The notes: generated by a model from the sequence alone, not told the origin. Shown: positions 37,343 to 50,584, counted from the first letter of the stretch. The stretch: DNA of 64,000 nucleotides from Octopus sinensis (GCF_006345805.1 NC_042997.1:196106001-196170000); one strand, 5' to 3'. Made by a program: numbers and translations.

Positions 37343-38640
37343 ATATATAGATATAAATATATATAATATTATATATATATATATACATAATATATATATA
37401 TATAATATCATATATATATATATATAATATATACACGGCTTCTTTCAGTTTCCATCTACCAAATCCACTCACAAGGATTTGGTCGGCCTGGGGCTATAGT
37501 AGAAGACAGTTGATGAAGGTGTCACGCAGTGGGACTGAATCTGGAACCATGTGGTTAATAAGCAAACTACTTACCTTTTCTGCGCATATATTACTCAATT
37601 AAAAAATATAGATAGTTTGTACTTTTCCTTATCAATGTTCATCATTCTAAACTATGTTTAACAGATAGTCATCGATAAGTCGTGCTTAATGACGAGTGAG
37701 TACGGTGATGAGTGAATTTAGTAACTTTCTTATATTTTTTCAGAATCACCGTACAGTGGAAACGATCTGTAAGATAATTACATGGGGATCTAGCTGTTTC
37801 GATAGCAATAAACGACTGCTAACATTTAAAAAATGCAGTTGGGAACTCTCTAAGTTTTATACGTACGATGTGTTCACAATGTCCTTGGTTATATGAAGCA
37901 GTTTCCACCAAATTTTATATGTTATTTTAAGACAACTTTCAGTTGATTCAATCATAGAACTGTGGGCGTATATCATAATACAAATATTGGCTTTCCCAAG
38001 GTGAAGAGAGTAAATCGCTTTAATCTCAGATCGAAACTACGTCCATAATCAAATCTACTTCCATGCTTATCTATACAATGCTTAATATAGTATATTGTCA
38101 TATTCTTTAACAACATTCTCTCTCAAAAACAAAAACAAAAACAACATATCTAAAACAACTTTGTAATAACACTGTGCAGAATGTTATTTTACGATAAAGA
38201 CTCATTCGCCTAGATCTAAATGCTATTACTTTTTCAAAAGCACCATTAAATGTCAATGTGTTACGCGTCTGTCTATAACAATGTATTAAAAGACACAAGA
38301 AAAAATATTGTTCTTATTGGAATATTAGCTAAAAGTTATATTGCCAAAAGCCGTTTTGAAAGCGATTGTTTCGTCTTGTTTTCTTTTAGTGAAAATGTCT
38401 TCTGACATATTTTTGTGCAATTTATATGGCAGAAAACTTTCTGTTGCTCCTTCAATAAGCATAGTCATTGGACTGAGATGCGATAAATACAACCGGAAAT
38501 AATTAACTCATGTTTCACTAATACTAAAGAAACCAAATGCAGTGGCCGGGATAAGATGGGAAGCATAACATGTCTACGTCTGGTTCAGTGTACCGTAACA
38601 ATCAAGATACGCACTCGCACACGTACACACACACACATAC

Positions 38641-38692
<52 letters not shown>

Positions 38693-38744
38693 CACACACA
38701 CACACATATATATATATACATATATATATACAGAAATACGTAAA

Positions 38745-39270
38745 CACGCACACACGTACAAATACACATACCCAGACACGCACACACGACACAAAGACAC
38801 ATATGTAGATATATATAAATATATATAGAAATACATATATAGATATATAGATATATAGACATATAGAAATACATATTTAGATATATAGATATAGAGATAT
38901 ACATATATAGATATATAGATATATAGATATAGATATATAGATATACAAATACACATACCCATACACGCACACACGATACAAAGGCATATATATAGATATA
39001 TAGATAAACATATATAGATATATAGATATATAGATATATATATATATATAGATATAAATATATAGATATAGATATATAGATATATATATATAAATATACA
39101 TATATAGATATATAGACATATAGATATACACATGTAGATATATAGATATACATATATATATATATAGATATATAGATACAGATATATAGATATATAGATA
39201 TACATATATAGATATACAAATACACATACCCAGACACGCACACACGGCACAAAGACACATATATAGATAT
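38745..39270. repeat. Minisatellite: a unit of about 45 bp (aaatacacataccc...cacaaagacacatat) x3, spaced by (ATATAG)n
   Basis: Units at about 38760, 38947 and 39218; explains the 250-aa and 211-aa Y/I/S ORFs. Confidence 0.85.
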
Positions 39271-39697
39271 ATGCATATATGTATGTGTGTGTGTCTATGT
39301 CTGCGTAGATGCTTAAGTGTATATGCATATGTATCAAACTGTCTATCTGACATTTTATCTATATATCTAGCATCCAGACGGTTTATGTTCCTCCTCTCCC
39401 TCTTTCTCTCTCTCCCTCTCCTTCTCTCTCCCTCCTCCTCTCCATTCCTATATGCATTTTATATAAATATATACTTTGTGTGGATACACACACATCCATA
39501 TGTACTTGGTATGCTTCTGTTAGTGTGTGTTTCCGTGTGTCCGTGTCGCATTTGAAACATCTATCCGTCAAAATATTAGATTTACGTTAATTGTGTAGCT
39601 GTAATTGCTTCCCAACCATATAGTTCCGATTTCAGTGCTTCCACTATAGATTCGAGTGACATTGTGAATGGATCGGTGGACAGAATAAAGAAGCCCG

Positions 39698-39731
<34 letters not shown>

Positions 39732-39747
39732 ATATATATATTGATTG

Positions 39748-40129
39748 TGGAAGCACTCCGTCGGTTACGACGATGAGGGTTCCGGTTGATCCGAATCAAC
39801 GGAACAGCCTGCACGTGAAATTAACGTGTAAGTGCTGAACACTCCACAGACACATGCACCCTTAACGTAGTTCTCGGGGATATTCAGCGTGACACGGCGA
39901 GTGACAAGGCCGGCCCCTTGAAATACAGGTACAACAGAAACAGGAAGTAAGAGTGAGAGAAAGTTGTGGTAAAAGAGTACAGCAGGGATCACCACTATCC
40001 CTGCCGCAGCCTCGTGGAGCTTTTAGGTGTTTTCGCTCAATAAACACTCACAACGCCCGGTCTGGGAATCGAAACCGCGATCCTATGAGCGCGAGTCCGC
40101 TGCCCTAACCACTGGGCCATTGCGCCTCC
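39748..40129 (-). mobile_element. Full-length SINE family C
   Basis: Reverse complement of 34613-34993. Confidence 0.92.
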
Positions 40130-40140
40130 ACACATATAAT

Positions 40141-40246
40141 TCTCTGAAGAGGCCGTGGGTCCTTTTAATGCCTCATTTATACCTGCCTTTATGGCTTATA
40201 GGTTAAATGAGGTATGACTGTCCTACTGCCGAAACAGCTGTCAGTT
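40141..40246 (+). ncRNA. Type-I hammerhead motif with a stem II of about 80 nt
   Basis: TCT-CTGAAGA-GGC[...CCTCATTTA...TAAATGAGG...]GCC-GAAAC-AGCT-GTC-AGT; canonical core, stem I reduced to about 2 bp. Confidence 0.6.
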
Positions 40247-40424
40247 TTGATTTATATCATATTTGAAAATTTTTTACTTATATCTCTTTATCTTTTTTCT
40301 ATTACTGTATATCTCATTTCATTTATGTATTGCCTTTACTCATATGTAATGGTGTATTAAGTATGATTGAGTTTCATCGGATAGTTGATGTTTTACTGAT
40401 TTAGTATATTTCTCCATAATTTTG

Positions 40425-40476
<52 letters not shown>

Positions 40477-40493
40477 TATATATTATAATTATA

Positions 40494-40524
<31 letters not shown>

Positions 40525-40707
40525 ATGTATTATGTATGTATGTATGTATGTATGTATGTATTATGTATGTAAATAGCACAATATCAGAACAAAAGATATA
40601 AACACTTGTGCGCACATGTGCGTGTGTATGTGTTTGTATGTGTGTGCGTGTGTGTGTATGTGTATGCATCTTATATGTATGTATATATATCTATATCTAG
40701 CTATCTA

Positions 40708-40753
<46 letters not shown>

Positions 40754-41020
40754 ATATATAATATATATATATATATATGGAAAAAGTCAAGGTAAAAACT
40801 GCTGAAATAATTTTATAAAATACATTTCAGTACAGGTTCAGTCATTGAGACATTTTCAAATGTATGGAAAACAATTAAATTTTGGAAAAATTAAAATAAA
40901 AGTTTCTTTAAAAGAATATTTGCATAGTGTTCAAATACAAGGGGCATTTTACTTGTTTCTGCCTGTCTCTGTTTCTCTTGTTCACTCTTCTGGGGGCCGA
41001 GGTTGTTGTGAATTCTTGGC

Positions 41021-41140
41021 AGAGAAGAAGAAGAAGAAGAAGAAGAAGAAGAAGAAGAAGAAGAAGAAGAAGAAGGAGAAGGAGGAGGAGGAGGAGGAGG
41101 AGGAGAAGAAGAAGAAGAAAAAGAAGAAGAAGAAGAAGGA
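41021..41140. repeat. (AAG)n/(AGG)n microsatellite
   Basis: Direct reading. Confidence 0.95.
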
Positions 41141-41535
41141 GAATGCGGGAGTGCCATGATAGTAGTAGAATGTTAAATGGTCAAGTGCCCTGAAAGTGAC
41201 ATGGAAAGTCTGTGCAAGACCCTGCCTCAGTAAAGCTGGACTCAAAAGTCCTCTTCGTAGTCATAAAGCGAGATGAGTGACAACCTAGCCACTTGTGGTG
41301 GTTTTACACACCATAATAATCATATATGTCAGGCATGTGGAAGAGAGTGTAATTCGGCAAGAGGACTTAAACGACATGAAGCCCAGTTACAACTACAGCT
41401 GGCTATTACCGGTAAAGGTTTTAGTTGCCAATTCTGTACAAGACATTGTAGATCTTTGGCAGGGCTAAATAGTCACATTCGATCACAGCACCAATAACAG
41501 TTAAGCTTCATGCAATGGCCATACTCGATAACGAG
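41141..41535 (+). mobile_element. 3' end of an RTE-type LINE with C-terminal C2H2-like zinc fingers and a (CAT)n tail
   Basis: WKVCARPCLSKAGLKSPLRSH (degenerate), CQACGRECNSARGLKRHE, CQFCTRHCRSLAGLNSHIRSQH*. The C..C.R.C.S..GL.SH.R.H signature is followed by a short UTR and CATCATCAT. Confidence 0.7.
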
Positions 41536-42066
41536 GGGCAGCCATCATCATCATGTAAGTATGTACGTATGTAATTAAAGGATCTCAAAGTCATAACAAT
41601 CATTCAGCGACTCGTTGTATGCACCTTTGTTCATTAACATTAATAAACACAGCAAATATAACAGCGTAAATGAATTTGTGGTTACAGTTTGCATAATTAT
41701 AATATCTAAGGCGTTAACTGGTTTTAAATAACTATTAAGCTGTGAATTCACGATGATGGTATCGGAAGGGTAGTGGCCGTTCTGCAAGTCAGCTGAATTA
41801 GGATTTAGTGAACAATCTGGAAAGTTCTTATTAGGCTTCGCATTAGATGCTACAACAAAAGTGACCACACGTTCCATTTCCGACGCTGCTGATAAAGTAA
41901 GCAACATTTTGCCCCATGAAGAATTTGTATCAGATTTTTACAGAGTTCAAAAAAAATTTTTAAGGTTTTTTTTTGTTTTTGCAATTGTCTGATATTACAT
42001 AGACTTGCTCAAACGCATCAATAAATTAACATTGATATTTTTTTATAGACGTTACAATCATCTAAA

Positions 42067-42147
42067 ATGGAACTATCAAAGCGCGATATTCGAGCAATTT
42101 TCCTATTCAACTTCAAAAAAGGACGTAAAGCAGCTGAAACTGCTAGC
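42067..42147 (+). pseudogene. Mariner transposase N-terminal HTH fragment
   Basis: MELSKRDIRAIFLFNFKKGRKAAETA. Confidence 0.75.
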
Positions 42148-42216
42148 GATAACCAACGAAACGCCCGCATCGGATATTTGAACTGTAAGTTCGTGTTGGT
42201 TATTGTTTATTGAAAG

Positions 42217-42560
42217 GTGTTGTACTGTTTTGTGTCATCCTCTGAGGAGGAACTGGTCAGGGCTATCAACAAAATAGAAAATTCTTTAAAGGGCAACTGT
42301 TTTGCAGAAGTGGCAGTTGTCTCTAAGAAGGAGGTAAGTCTGGAAAACCTAAAGCATTTTGGAAAAATGCTGAAGAAGGAAGGCGGTGATGCGAAATTGT
42401 CACCAACGAATGAGGTACTTAAAACATGGAAGAAAGCAGAATTGTTTATAAAATATAAACAAGGAGAGAATAAGTGAAAATGAGGCTACGGAGGAAATTG
42501 AGAAGGCATTGAGGCCACTCTGGCAAGATATATCATATCTTGCCAGAGGAAGCAGTTACG
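42217..42560 (+). pseudogene. Fragment of a LINE ORF1 paralogous to 42830-43900
   Basis: EATEEIEKALRPLWQDISYLARGSSYG aligns with SKEDVEECLGDTMQKATFVSTGRRFG. Confidence 0.5.
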
Positions 42561-42564
42561 GCAC

Positions 42565-42690
42565 TTTTCATTATTTACATTATTTACAATTGACAGATAT
42601 TTGTCCTCATCTTCTTTGTTGTTAACACAACGTTTTGATTGATATACCCTCTAGCCTTCATCAGGTGTCTTCGGGAAATTTCGATTTTCA
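42565..42690 (-). mobile_element. Short GACAC-family hammerhead element (motif at 42669-42624)
   Basis: GACAC-CTGATGA-AGGCTA...CAATC-AAAAC-GTT-GTGTT; aligns with 4280-4365; core G12>A. Confidence 0.6.
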
Positions 42691-42699
42691 GTGTGATTT

Positions 42700-44150
42700 T
42701 TGTAAGAAGTTGAGAGCTGTTGTTACTTTTTTATTGTTGATATTATTGTTGAAGCGTCACATGTGTGTTGTTGTTATTTGCTGCTGTTGTTTTGATTCTT
42801 TTTCTCCCTATTGAGGGTGAGGAAGGGGGTAGCATTATGGAAATCTACGCGAAAACTGCCGCGGCAAAGGCAGCTGCACGGTTGGAAGCCAGGAGGGTGC
42901 AAATGGATAAAGAGGAAATAGCGAAAGATTTGTTTGGTGAAGGAGGAAGGCACAATCAAGCTGGTCCCACCCACAAGAGTCAATCGAACAGAAAAGTGAA
43001 AAAACGGTGATGTACCGCACGCAAGCGGTCGCCACAAATAAAATTGAGAAAATATCGAAAGAAGACGTGGAGGAGTGTCTAGGGGATACCATGCAAAAGG
43101 CGACATTCGTGAGCACAGGAAGGAGGTTTGGCACAGTAGAGGTGCGGTTTGCAACCGAAGAAGAGCCGGCTTCACACACGGCCGCTGTCCTGAATTCGGA
43201 AAAAGGTAGTGCTGTTACCCACGTATAAGGGAAGGCGCTGCGTCTGGGTCAGGATAGCTAGGGTGCCGCCTGAAATTAAAACGGAGTGGTTGGCAGCAGC
43301 CATTCTAGCGACCACCGAGGATAAGCCGGAGCTCAGAGATGTTGGAGGACGGATATGTTGAATTGATAGGGAAGTGGAATGGAGATGTGGCTCTCCGCCA
43401 CATTTGAATTTATAGAGAGGCTTGTCTACGAAACAGAGATTGAGAGGGAAGATTCCTTGAAATTGATAGTGCGGGGTGGCAGACCCAATTGCTACACCTG
43501 CGCTGAATGGAGGCACACGAAATTGAAGTGCCGCTTATATGAAAATAAATAGACTGATCCGATGCAGAGTGAGAAAGAGGAGATAGAAGGAGAGATGGAG
43601 ACGGAAGGAAGGGTGAAGGCAGAAATGGAAAAGATAAAAAATAAGGACCATGAGCAAGAGAAGCAGGAGAGAGAGGAAAAAACGAAAGCAGCAAAAGAGA
43701 GGAGTGACGAGTTCGTCAGTCCCAAGAGAAGAAAGAATGTGAGATCAAGGGAAGTTTAATAGAGAGCGACAGCAGAAGCAGAGAAGCCGGACAAAAAGAT
43801 GATGAGCCGTGTGAACTTGCATATGACATGGAAAAGAAACCAGATAGGTGACCAGAAGTAGCGAAGTCCAACAAGCACAAGGGAACTTTGATCTTTTACA
43901 CGCAATCCATAGAGGTAGAGAAGAGAATGGCGAATTGGAAGAATTTGATTAGAGTGAAACTACCTAAGGGGAGGTTCGGAGAAGAGGGGACATGTGTATT
44001 GGTGAATGATGAAATGAGCGACAACCGATGGAAACATTGCAGTGAATTTATCATAAGGTTTCACGATCCGGTGTACTTATTTCCATCTCTTGTGGATTAT
44101 AAAAGGATCGAGAACTTCAGGAAAAAGGTAATTAAATTATTATGAACATT
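42700..44150 (+). mobile_element. Decayed 5' part of an L1/Tx1-type LINE: ORF1 pseudogene with an RRM-like region and CCHC knuckle
   Basis: GRRFGTVEVRFATEE, VRIARVPPEI, CYTCAEWRHTKLKC (CX2CX4HX4C, 43490-43531), charged E/K tail; multiple frameshifts. Confidence 0.75.
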
Positions 44151-44214
44151 TTTGAAAAAAAATAAAAAAAAATTGTGAACTTTACACGAGAAAAATGTCT
44201 TCTTAAAAAAAATG

Positions 44215-45062
44215 AGAAAGAAAGGCAAAGTCGACCTCAGCAGAAATTGAACGCGGTTAAGCATTTTACCCAAAAGGCGCTAACTATTCTGTCAGCTCGC
44301 CGCCTTAATATTGGTTTCAAATTCTGGCACATAGCCGGCAATTTCGGGGCAGGAAGTAGGTCGATTACATCGACCGCATTGCTTTTTGAACTCAGAATGT
44401 AAAGACGAACGAAATGCGGCTAAAGTATTTTACCAGACGTGCAAACGATTCTGCCAAGCTCGCCGCCCTAATCCGTTCTACTGGAGGTACAACGCCTCAA
44501 ATTTGTGGGATGGTGAGTAGTCGATTATATCGACCCCAATCTTTTACTGGTACTTAATTTATGAAAGGCAAAGTCGACCTCGACGGAATTGAAATCAAAA
44601 CGTAACGACGGGCGAAATATCGCTAAACATTTCGTCTAGCGCGCTAACGATTCTTATTTCTTTATTGCCCACAAGGGGATAAACATAGAGGAGACAAACA
44701 AGGACAGACAAACGGATTAAGTCGATTATATCGACCCCAGTGCGCAACTGATTCTTATCTAATCGATCCCGAAAGGATCACTGAAATTCGGCGGAATTTG
44801 AACTCAGAACGTAGCGGCAGAAAAAATACCTATTTCATTTACTACCCATAAGGGGCTAAACATAGAAGGGACAAACAAGGACAGACAAACGGATGAATTC
44901 GATTACATCGACCACAGTGCGTAACTGGTACTTATTTAATCGAACCCAAAAGGATGAAAGGCAAAGTCAACCTCGGCGGAATTTGAACTCAGAACGTAAC
45001 GGCAGACGAAATACGGCTACGCATTTCGCCCGGCGTGCTAACGTTTCTGCAAGCTCGCCGCC
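44215..45062 (-). mobile_element. Cluster of about 5 SINE family A units or variants, same orientation
   Basis: Repeated gaaaggcaaagtcgacctc and ctgccagctcgcc motifs. Confidence 0.85.
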
Positions 45063-45837
45063 TTTATAATGATACTAACAATAAAAAAAAATATTATAAA
45101 CAGTTGTTTCAAGGAAAAATCATGTATTCAAACGTCTTACATATGAATACATAATTTTAAGTAAATCAATCGGAAAATAAACGTATAAAGTATTCGACAG
45201 AAAGCAAAGAAAATGTTTACCGATCTTTAATGGAATCGATCACGAAGTGACAAAAAACTAAAGAAAGAAGGTAGAAAAATAAGTCGGAAAATATATGAAA
45301 TAAATCGATAAAAACCAGACGCTAACGAACACTTAAGCATGAGATCCTTGCTAAATGGAAAAGAACAAACAAATAATTCGACTCCAACCTTAAATAATTT
45401 TTCCAAATAAGAAGTAAAGATATTCAGAACTGAATGACAGCTTGTAATAGTCATGTATTACAATCCCCTTCAGGCAACTTGTTGTTGGAGAAGTCAGTGT
45501 TTAATTTTAAATTGAATTACGTATATACCGTAAGACGTATATTTATATATATATTTAACGGGTAATAATAGAGCTACAACAGTCGAAAGATTCAACAAAA
45601 GTACAAAGTGTAAATGAAACGCCAGTATAAATTAACAATTAAAAATCAGAAGGAATGGATAATTGAAAATAATGGTTGAAATTTATAAGAAACCCGCGTA
45701 AAGCGATTGAATAGATAATCAATATTTATTGAAACAAATCAGAAGTACATGATTATTTGCACAAGACTAATGAAGCAGCCGACCATAAAAACTACAATTC
45801 CAAAGACTGCCTCTCTGCGGTATACCAAAATCTAAGG

Positions 45838-46418
45838 CTGCGAACTGGCAGAAATGCGTAGCCGTATTTCGTCTGCCGCTACGTTCTCAGTTCAAATCCG
45901 CCGAGGTCGACTTTACCTTTCATCCTTTCAGGATCAATAATTTAAATACCAGTTGCGTACTGGCGGGCAATCTAATCGATTTATCCGTTTGTCTGTCCTT
46001 GTTTGTCCTCTCTGTGTTTAGCCCCTTGTGGTTAGTAAAGAAATAGGTATTTCGTTTGCCGCTACGTTCTGAGTTCAAATTCCACCGAGGTCGACTTTGC
46101 CTTTCATCCTTTCGGGGTCGATTATATAACTACCAGTTACGAACTGGGGTCCATATAATCGACTTAATCCGTTTGTCTGTCCATGTTTGTCCCCCCTGTG
46201 TTTAGCCCCTTGTGGTTAGTAAAGAAATAGGTATTTCGTTTGCCGCTACGTTCTGAGTTCAAATTCCGCCGAGATCGACTTTGTCTTTCATCCTATCAGG
46301 ATCAATAATTTAAATACCAGTTGCGTACTGGGGTCGATCTAATCGACTTAATCCGTTATTCTGTCCTTGTTCGCCCCCTCTGTGTTTAGCCCCTTGTGGT
46401 TAGTAAAGAAATAGGTAT
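45838..46418 (+). mobile_element. SINE family A head-to-tail trimer (period about 184 bp)
   Basis: Junctions AAATAGGTATTTCG at about 46041 and 46225. Confidence 0.9.
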
Positions 46419-46538
46419 ACCAAAATCTACCGAAAAGAGAAAAGGTGATGGCTGCAGTATATGTCGATAGGCGTTTTAGATATCTGTATATGGCGCTTAA
46501 TTCATGCTTTACACTGTTAACATATATAGTAATATTGT

Positions 46539-46910
46539 GGAAGCGCAAAGGCACAGTGGTTAGGGCAGCAGACACGTGGTCTGAGGATCGTGGTTTCGAT
46601 TCTCAGACCGGGACGTTGTGAGTGTTTATTAAGCGAAAACACCTAAACCTCCACGTGGCTCCGCTAGGTGGGGTGGCGACCCTGCTGTACTCTTTCACCA
46701 CAATTTTCTCCCACTCTTTCTTTCTGTTGTACCTGTATTTCAAAGGGCCAGCCTTGTCACACTCTATGTCACGTTGAATCTTCCCCGAGAACTACATTAA
46801 GTGTATCCGTGTCTGTGGGGTACTCAGCCACTTGCACGTTCATTTCACAAGCAAGCTGTTCCGTTGGTCGGATCGACTGAAACCCTCGCCGTCGGAACTG
46901 ACGGAATGCT
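46539..46910 (+). mobile_element. SINE family C (a partial 3' duplicate lies at about 47105-47215)
   Basis: Matches 34613-34993. Confidence 0.85.
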
Positions 46911-48376
46911 ACGGTATGTGTGGTTGTACAAACAGGCGAATATACAAACTCCATACATATAAATGGATATGGAGACACACGCAAACATAATATTTAAGTG
47001 TCCAGTCTGTAGACATATATAAGAACAGGTAGGCATGTTGCTCACTGACACGTACATACATATATACATATATATATACGCACAAAAATAGTTTGCTCTA
47101 TAAGGGTGACGTGTCTGTGGAGTGCTCAGCCACTTGCACGTTAATTTCAAGAGTACGTTGTTCTGCTGGTCGGATCAACAGGAACCCTTGTCGTCGTAAC
47201 CGACGGACGGAATGACACTATAGCAATATTATCTAAGCTGCGAGTATACATGTAGAGAGGAATACTGAGGGATCGATTCTAAGCAGTGATGTGTTGCGAT
47301 TGCTACGTTCAATTTCCCTCAACAAACCCACAAGCGAAGACTCTAGGACAAAGAAGCATTTGAGCATCGATTAACTACGGGAAAAAATTAATCTGGAAGT
47401 ATTAGTCAGAAAGCAATATTCATCTGTGAGGTCATCCTCCTATATTTATATTACACTATTTCCCCTTCGGTTCTAAGACTTTCTTTCCTGTCAATCATAA
47501 CATATATATTTACAATGGATTAACGGATCTTATGCCTCCTTTAAGTTTATTATATACCCCCTATGAACTGTTTTGATTCTACACATATCTGTGCCTGCAA
47601 TAATATATCTTACAAATATTTTATAAAACCATTTCCCAGGGTATCTTTATCTTATTTTATTAATTTTTAAAATCAGCTTTTGTTATGAATACCTTGATTT
47701 ATCCTTATTTTTAAATCCGTTATACATTTTATGGCATTCGCAATGTAAAAAACTTTCAATATTTTTTATCTTTATTTTTATTTTTTCATTTTATAAATAC
47801 TTTATGGGAATCTTATGCAAATTTTTTTACATTTTATTCATTTTTATTTTATCTCATTTATTCTTTTATCTTGTATTATATTATTGTATTTTATATATAT
47901 CTATATACCCTAAACATACTGGTGTATTTCTACGGATTGCGAAAGGGTTTGTAAATTCTCTCCATAACGATCATGGTATTATAAAACAACTTGGTATCTA
48001 TATTTATTTATTTATATTTATATTCTATAATTGCACTATATATTTTATTTTTATATAAATATGTATGATATTTTTGTGTATATATACGTGGTATTTTTAT
48101 ACCTTCATACATCCTTTCAGGGTTTTTTTTCATAATGCTGGTAATTTATATATATTTTTTTTTTCCCAAGGTTTTTGAATACGTTTACCTGATATACAAA
48201 TATTTCTCTTATTATTTTAGTTTTTAATCTTTGATTTTGATTCAATGGGAAAATGTGTACCCCTTCTCGGACGATATCTGCAAATTATTTATAGGTTCAT
48301 TTTTGAATAGGTTTAGCAGGACCACCTTAGCATTATACTAGGAAGAAGCATTATGTGGTTTCTGTTTTTATCAAAA

Positions 48377-48783
48377 CAAGCAGTATCGCCCGGCGTTGCT
48401 CGGATTTGTAAGGGAAATAATTATAAAGCATTTTTAGAGAGTTATAGCCAAAAAATAGCCAAACAAATTCATAAAAAATGGAAAAAAAATCATGGTAATT
48501 TTTTTTTTAAATCGTTGACGCATCGTAGACATTTTTAGAGAGTTACTTCCCTTATATTTAAAACATATGCATTAAAATGGAAAAAAATTATGGTAAATTA
48601 TTTTTAAGATTGTAGACTCATCGTAGACTCATCGTAGACGCGCGCTAATACCCAGAAGGGCTTGATATGAATCACGACTATAAGATACCCGAATTTGGTT
48701 AAACTGCACCGCAAAATGTGAGAGTAGTTAGGAATCTAAATCGTAGGAGACAGACACACAACTTGACTTTTATATATAAAAAT
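48377..48783 (-). mobile_element. Non-autonomous Helitron with the same termini as 11860-12245 but a different interior
   Basis: The minus strand ends CCGAGCAACGCCGGGCGATACTGCTTG (CTAG>CTTG) and begins ...TATATATAAAAGTCAAGTTGTGTGTCTG. Confidence 0.7.
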
Positions 48784-48884
48784 AACCCATTTTTATGGCT
48801 TAGGTTGATTTATCTATCCTTCTTCAATTGTTTGATTCCTAAATAATTTTCTAAATTTTTTATGTATTGATATTCTTTTCTTTT

Positions 48885-49178
48885 ATTCTTTTATTTGTTT
48901 CAGTCATTTGACTACGGCCATGCTGGTGCACCGCCTTTAGTCGACCGCAGGACTTATTCTTTGTAAGCCTAGTACTTATTCTATGGATCGCCTTTGCCGA
49001 ACCGCTAAGATACAGGGACAACCGATGCTGGTGTGTATACGTACCTGTCACATAGCGGTTCGGCAAGAGAGATCGATAGAATAAGTACTAGGCTTACAAA
49101 GAATAAGTCCTGGGTCGATTTGCTCGACTAAAGGCGGTGATCCAGCATGACTGCAGTCAAATGACTGAAACGAATATA
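48885..49178. mobile_element. Two family B 3' halves in inverted orientation
   Basis: A minus copy at 48885-49030 is joined to a plus copy at 49030-49178. Confidence 0.8.
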
Positions 49179-49749
49179 AGAAAAGAAAAGAATGATTGTT
49201 TCAATTTTTGGTAAACGGCCTGCAGTTTTAGTGGGAGGGCTTGAGTCGGTAACAGTACTTGCATGGTACTTTATTTCTTCGAGTCCGAAAGAAAGAAATA
49301 TTAAGTTCAACTCAATCGTAAAATGTCTGAAGAAATCCATGTAAGCATTTTAATCTGCACGCTAATGATTCTGCTCATCGCATTTTGAATTCAGACAGAC
49401 ACAAGGTTAGCAATTCTCATGAGCAGGGAATAACTCGATAACATCGTTCCTCAGGATTAGACTGGTATTTCTTTCATTTTATCGACCGCACATGGGATTT
49501 GACCAAAGAACGTAAAGAGCCGAAATAAATACTCTACGATATCCTATCTTACATTCTTTGAAAAATACAGATATCAACTAATGCAATATTAATTGTTATA
49601 ATTTCATTTCTTTAGTTGCTGCATAATGGTTAAATCATATGTACATACAGTACACACACACACATATATATATATAACATATATATATATACACCCCCCC
49701 ACATCCCCATATATGTATTATATATATATATATGTATATATATTATATA

Positions 49750-49849
49750 NNNNNNNNNNNNNNNNNNNNNNNNNNNNNNNNNNNNNNNNNNNNNNNNNNN
49801 NNNNNNNNNNNNNNNNNNNNNNNNNNNNNNNNNNNNNNNNNNNNNNNNN
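49750..49849. other. Assembly gap (100 N) between (TA)n and (GA)n/(GACA)n
   Basis: Run of n. Confidence 1.
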
Positions 49850-49941
49850 AGGAACAGAGAAGAGAGAGAGAGGACAGAGAGAGAGGAGAGAGAGGACAGA
49901 CAGAGAGAGAGAGAGAGAGGACAGACAGACAGAGCTAGAGG

Positions 49942-49973
<32 letters not shown>

Positions 49974-50051
49974 GGCAGAGCGAGGGAGAGAGCGTATATA
50001 TACAAAATATATATATATGTATACATGAAATATATATATATAATATTCACG

Positions 50052-50101
<50 letters not shown>

Positions 50102-50584
50102 TATGTGTGTATATATATAAATACATACATGTATGTATGTATATATATATATATATATGTACAGTTATTCAGTTTCGCTCATACACTGACGCAGGGAACA
50201 CATTGCTGTACGCATCGCATCTTTGACCTGTCATCCACAACATATTCACGTTACCTAATTAGATAATATGTGGGTTTAAAAATCCATCCACATTTATTCT
50301 CGTACGCATAACCTTATTTTCATTTAAATGTACACAGACACAGATTTTTTGAATTCCGCATAGATATACATAATACGTTTGAACATGACTGTTCATACAC
50401 GGCAAATAGCCATTAATCTCTATATCTGTGACCGTATACTTCAATGGTATCTCGAGGCAGTTATAAGGTGCAGATAACTCGAAAGATATATCGGTTCTAA
50501 ATTAATTAACTTTGCCGTATTTTGCTTGCAAATAAAGATCGCAGTTGATGTATGAAATTGTTTAACAATCATTTACTTTCGTAG

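Larger units (their letters stand above)
36450..37575 (-). mobile_element. SINE family B split in its internal microsatellite by nested insertions (LINE-tail piece 36716-36760; palindrome 36774-37099)
   Basis: The 3' half is at 36450-36660 and the 5' half at 37435-37575, same strand and colinear. Confidence 0.75.

Noticed and set aside
38000-38048. GTGAAGA...GAAACTACGTC hammerhead candidate
   Set aside because: The core begins with G, stem I does not pair, and stem II is misregistered.
41273-41497. Host C2H2 zinc-finger transcription factor
   Set aside because: No TGEKP linkers; frameshifted, with an RTE-type finger signature and a (CAT)n tail, so it is a LINE terminus.
41575-41907. 110-aa minus-strand ORF
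   Set aside because: No recognisable domain, and it overlaps a + strand exon candidate with a strong donor; there is no independent support.
45838-46418. CRISPR-like or satellite array
   Set aside because: The units are SINE A bodies with no unique spacers; the context is eukaryotic.
49626-50120. ORFs spanning the N gap
   Set aside because: Artefacts of translating Ns and the flanking microsatellites.
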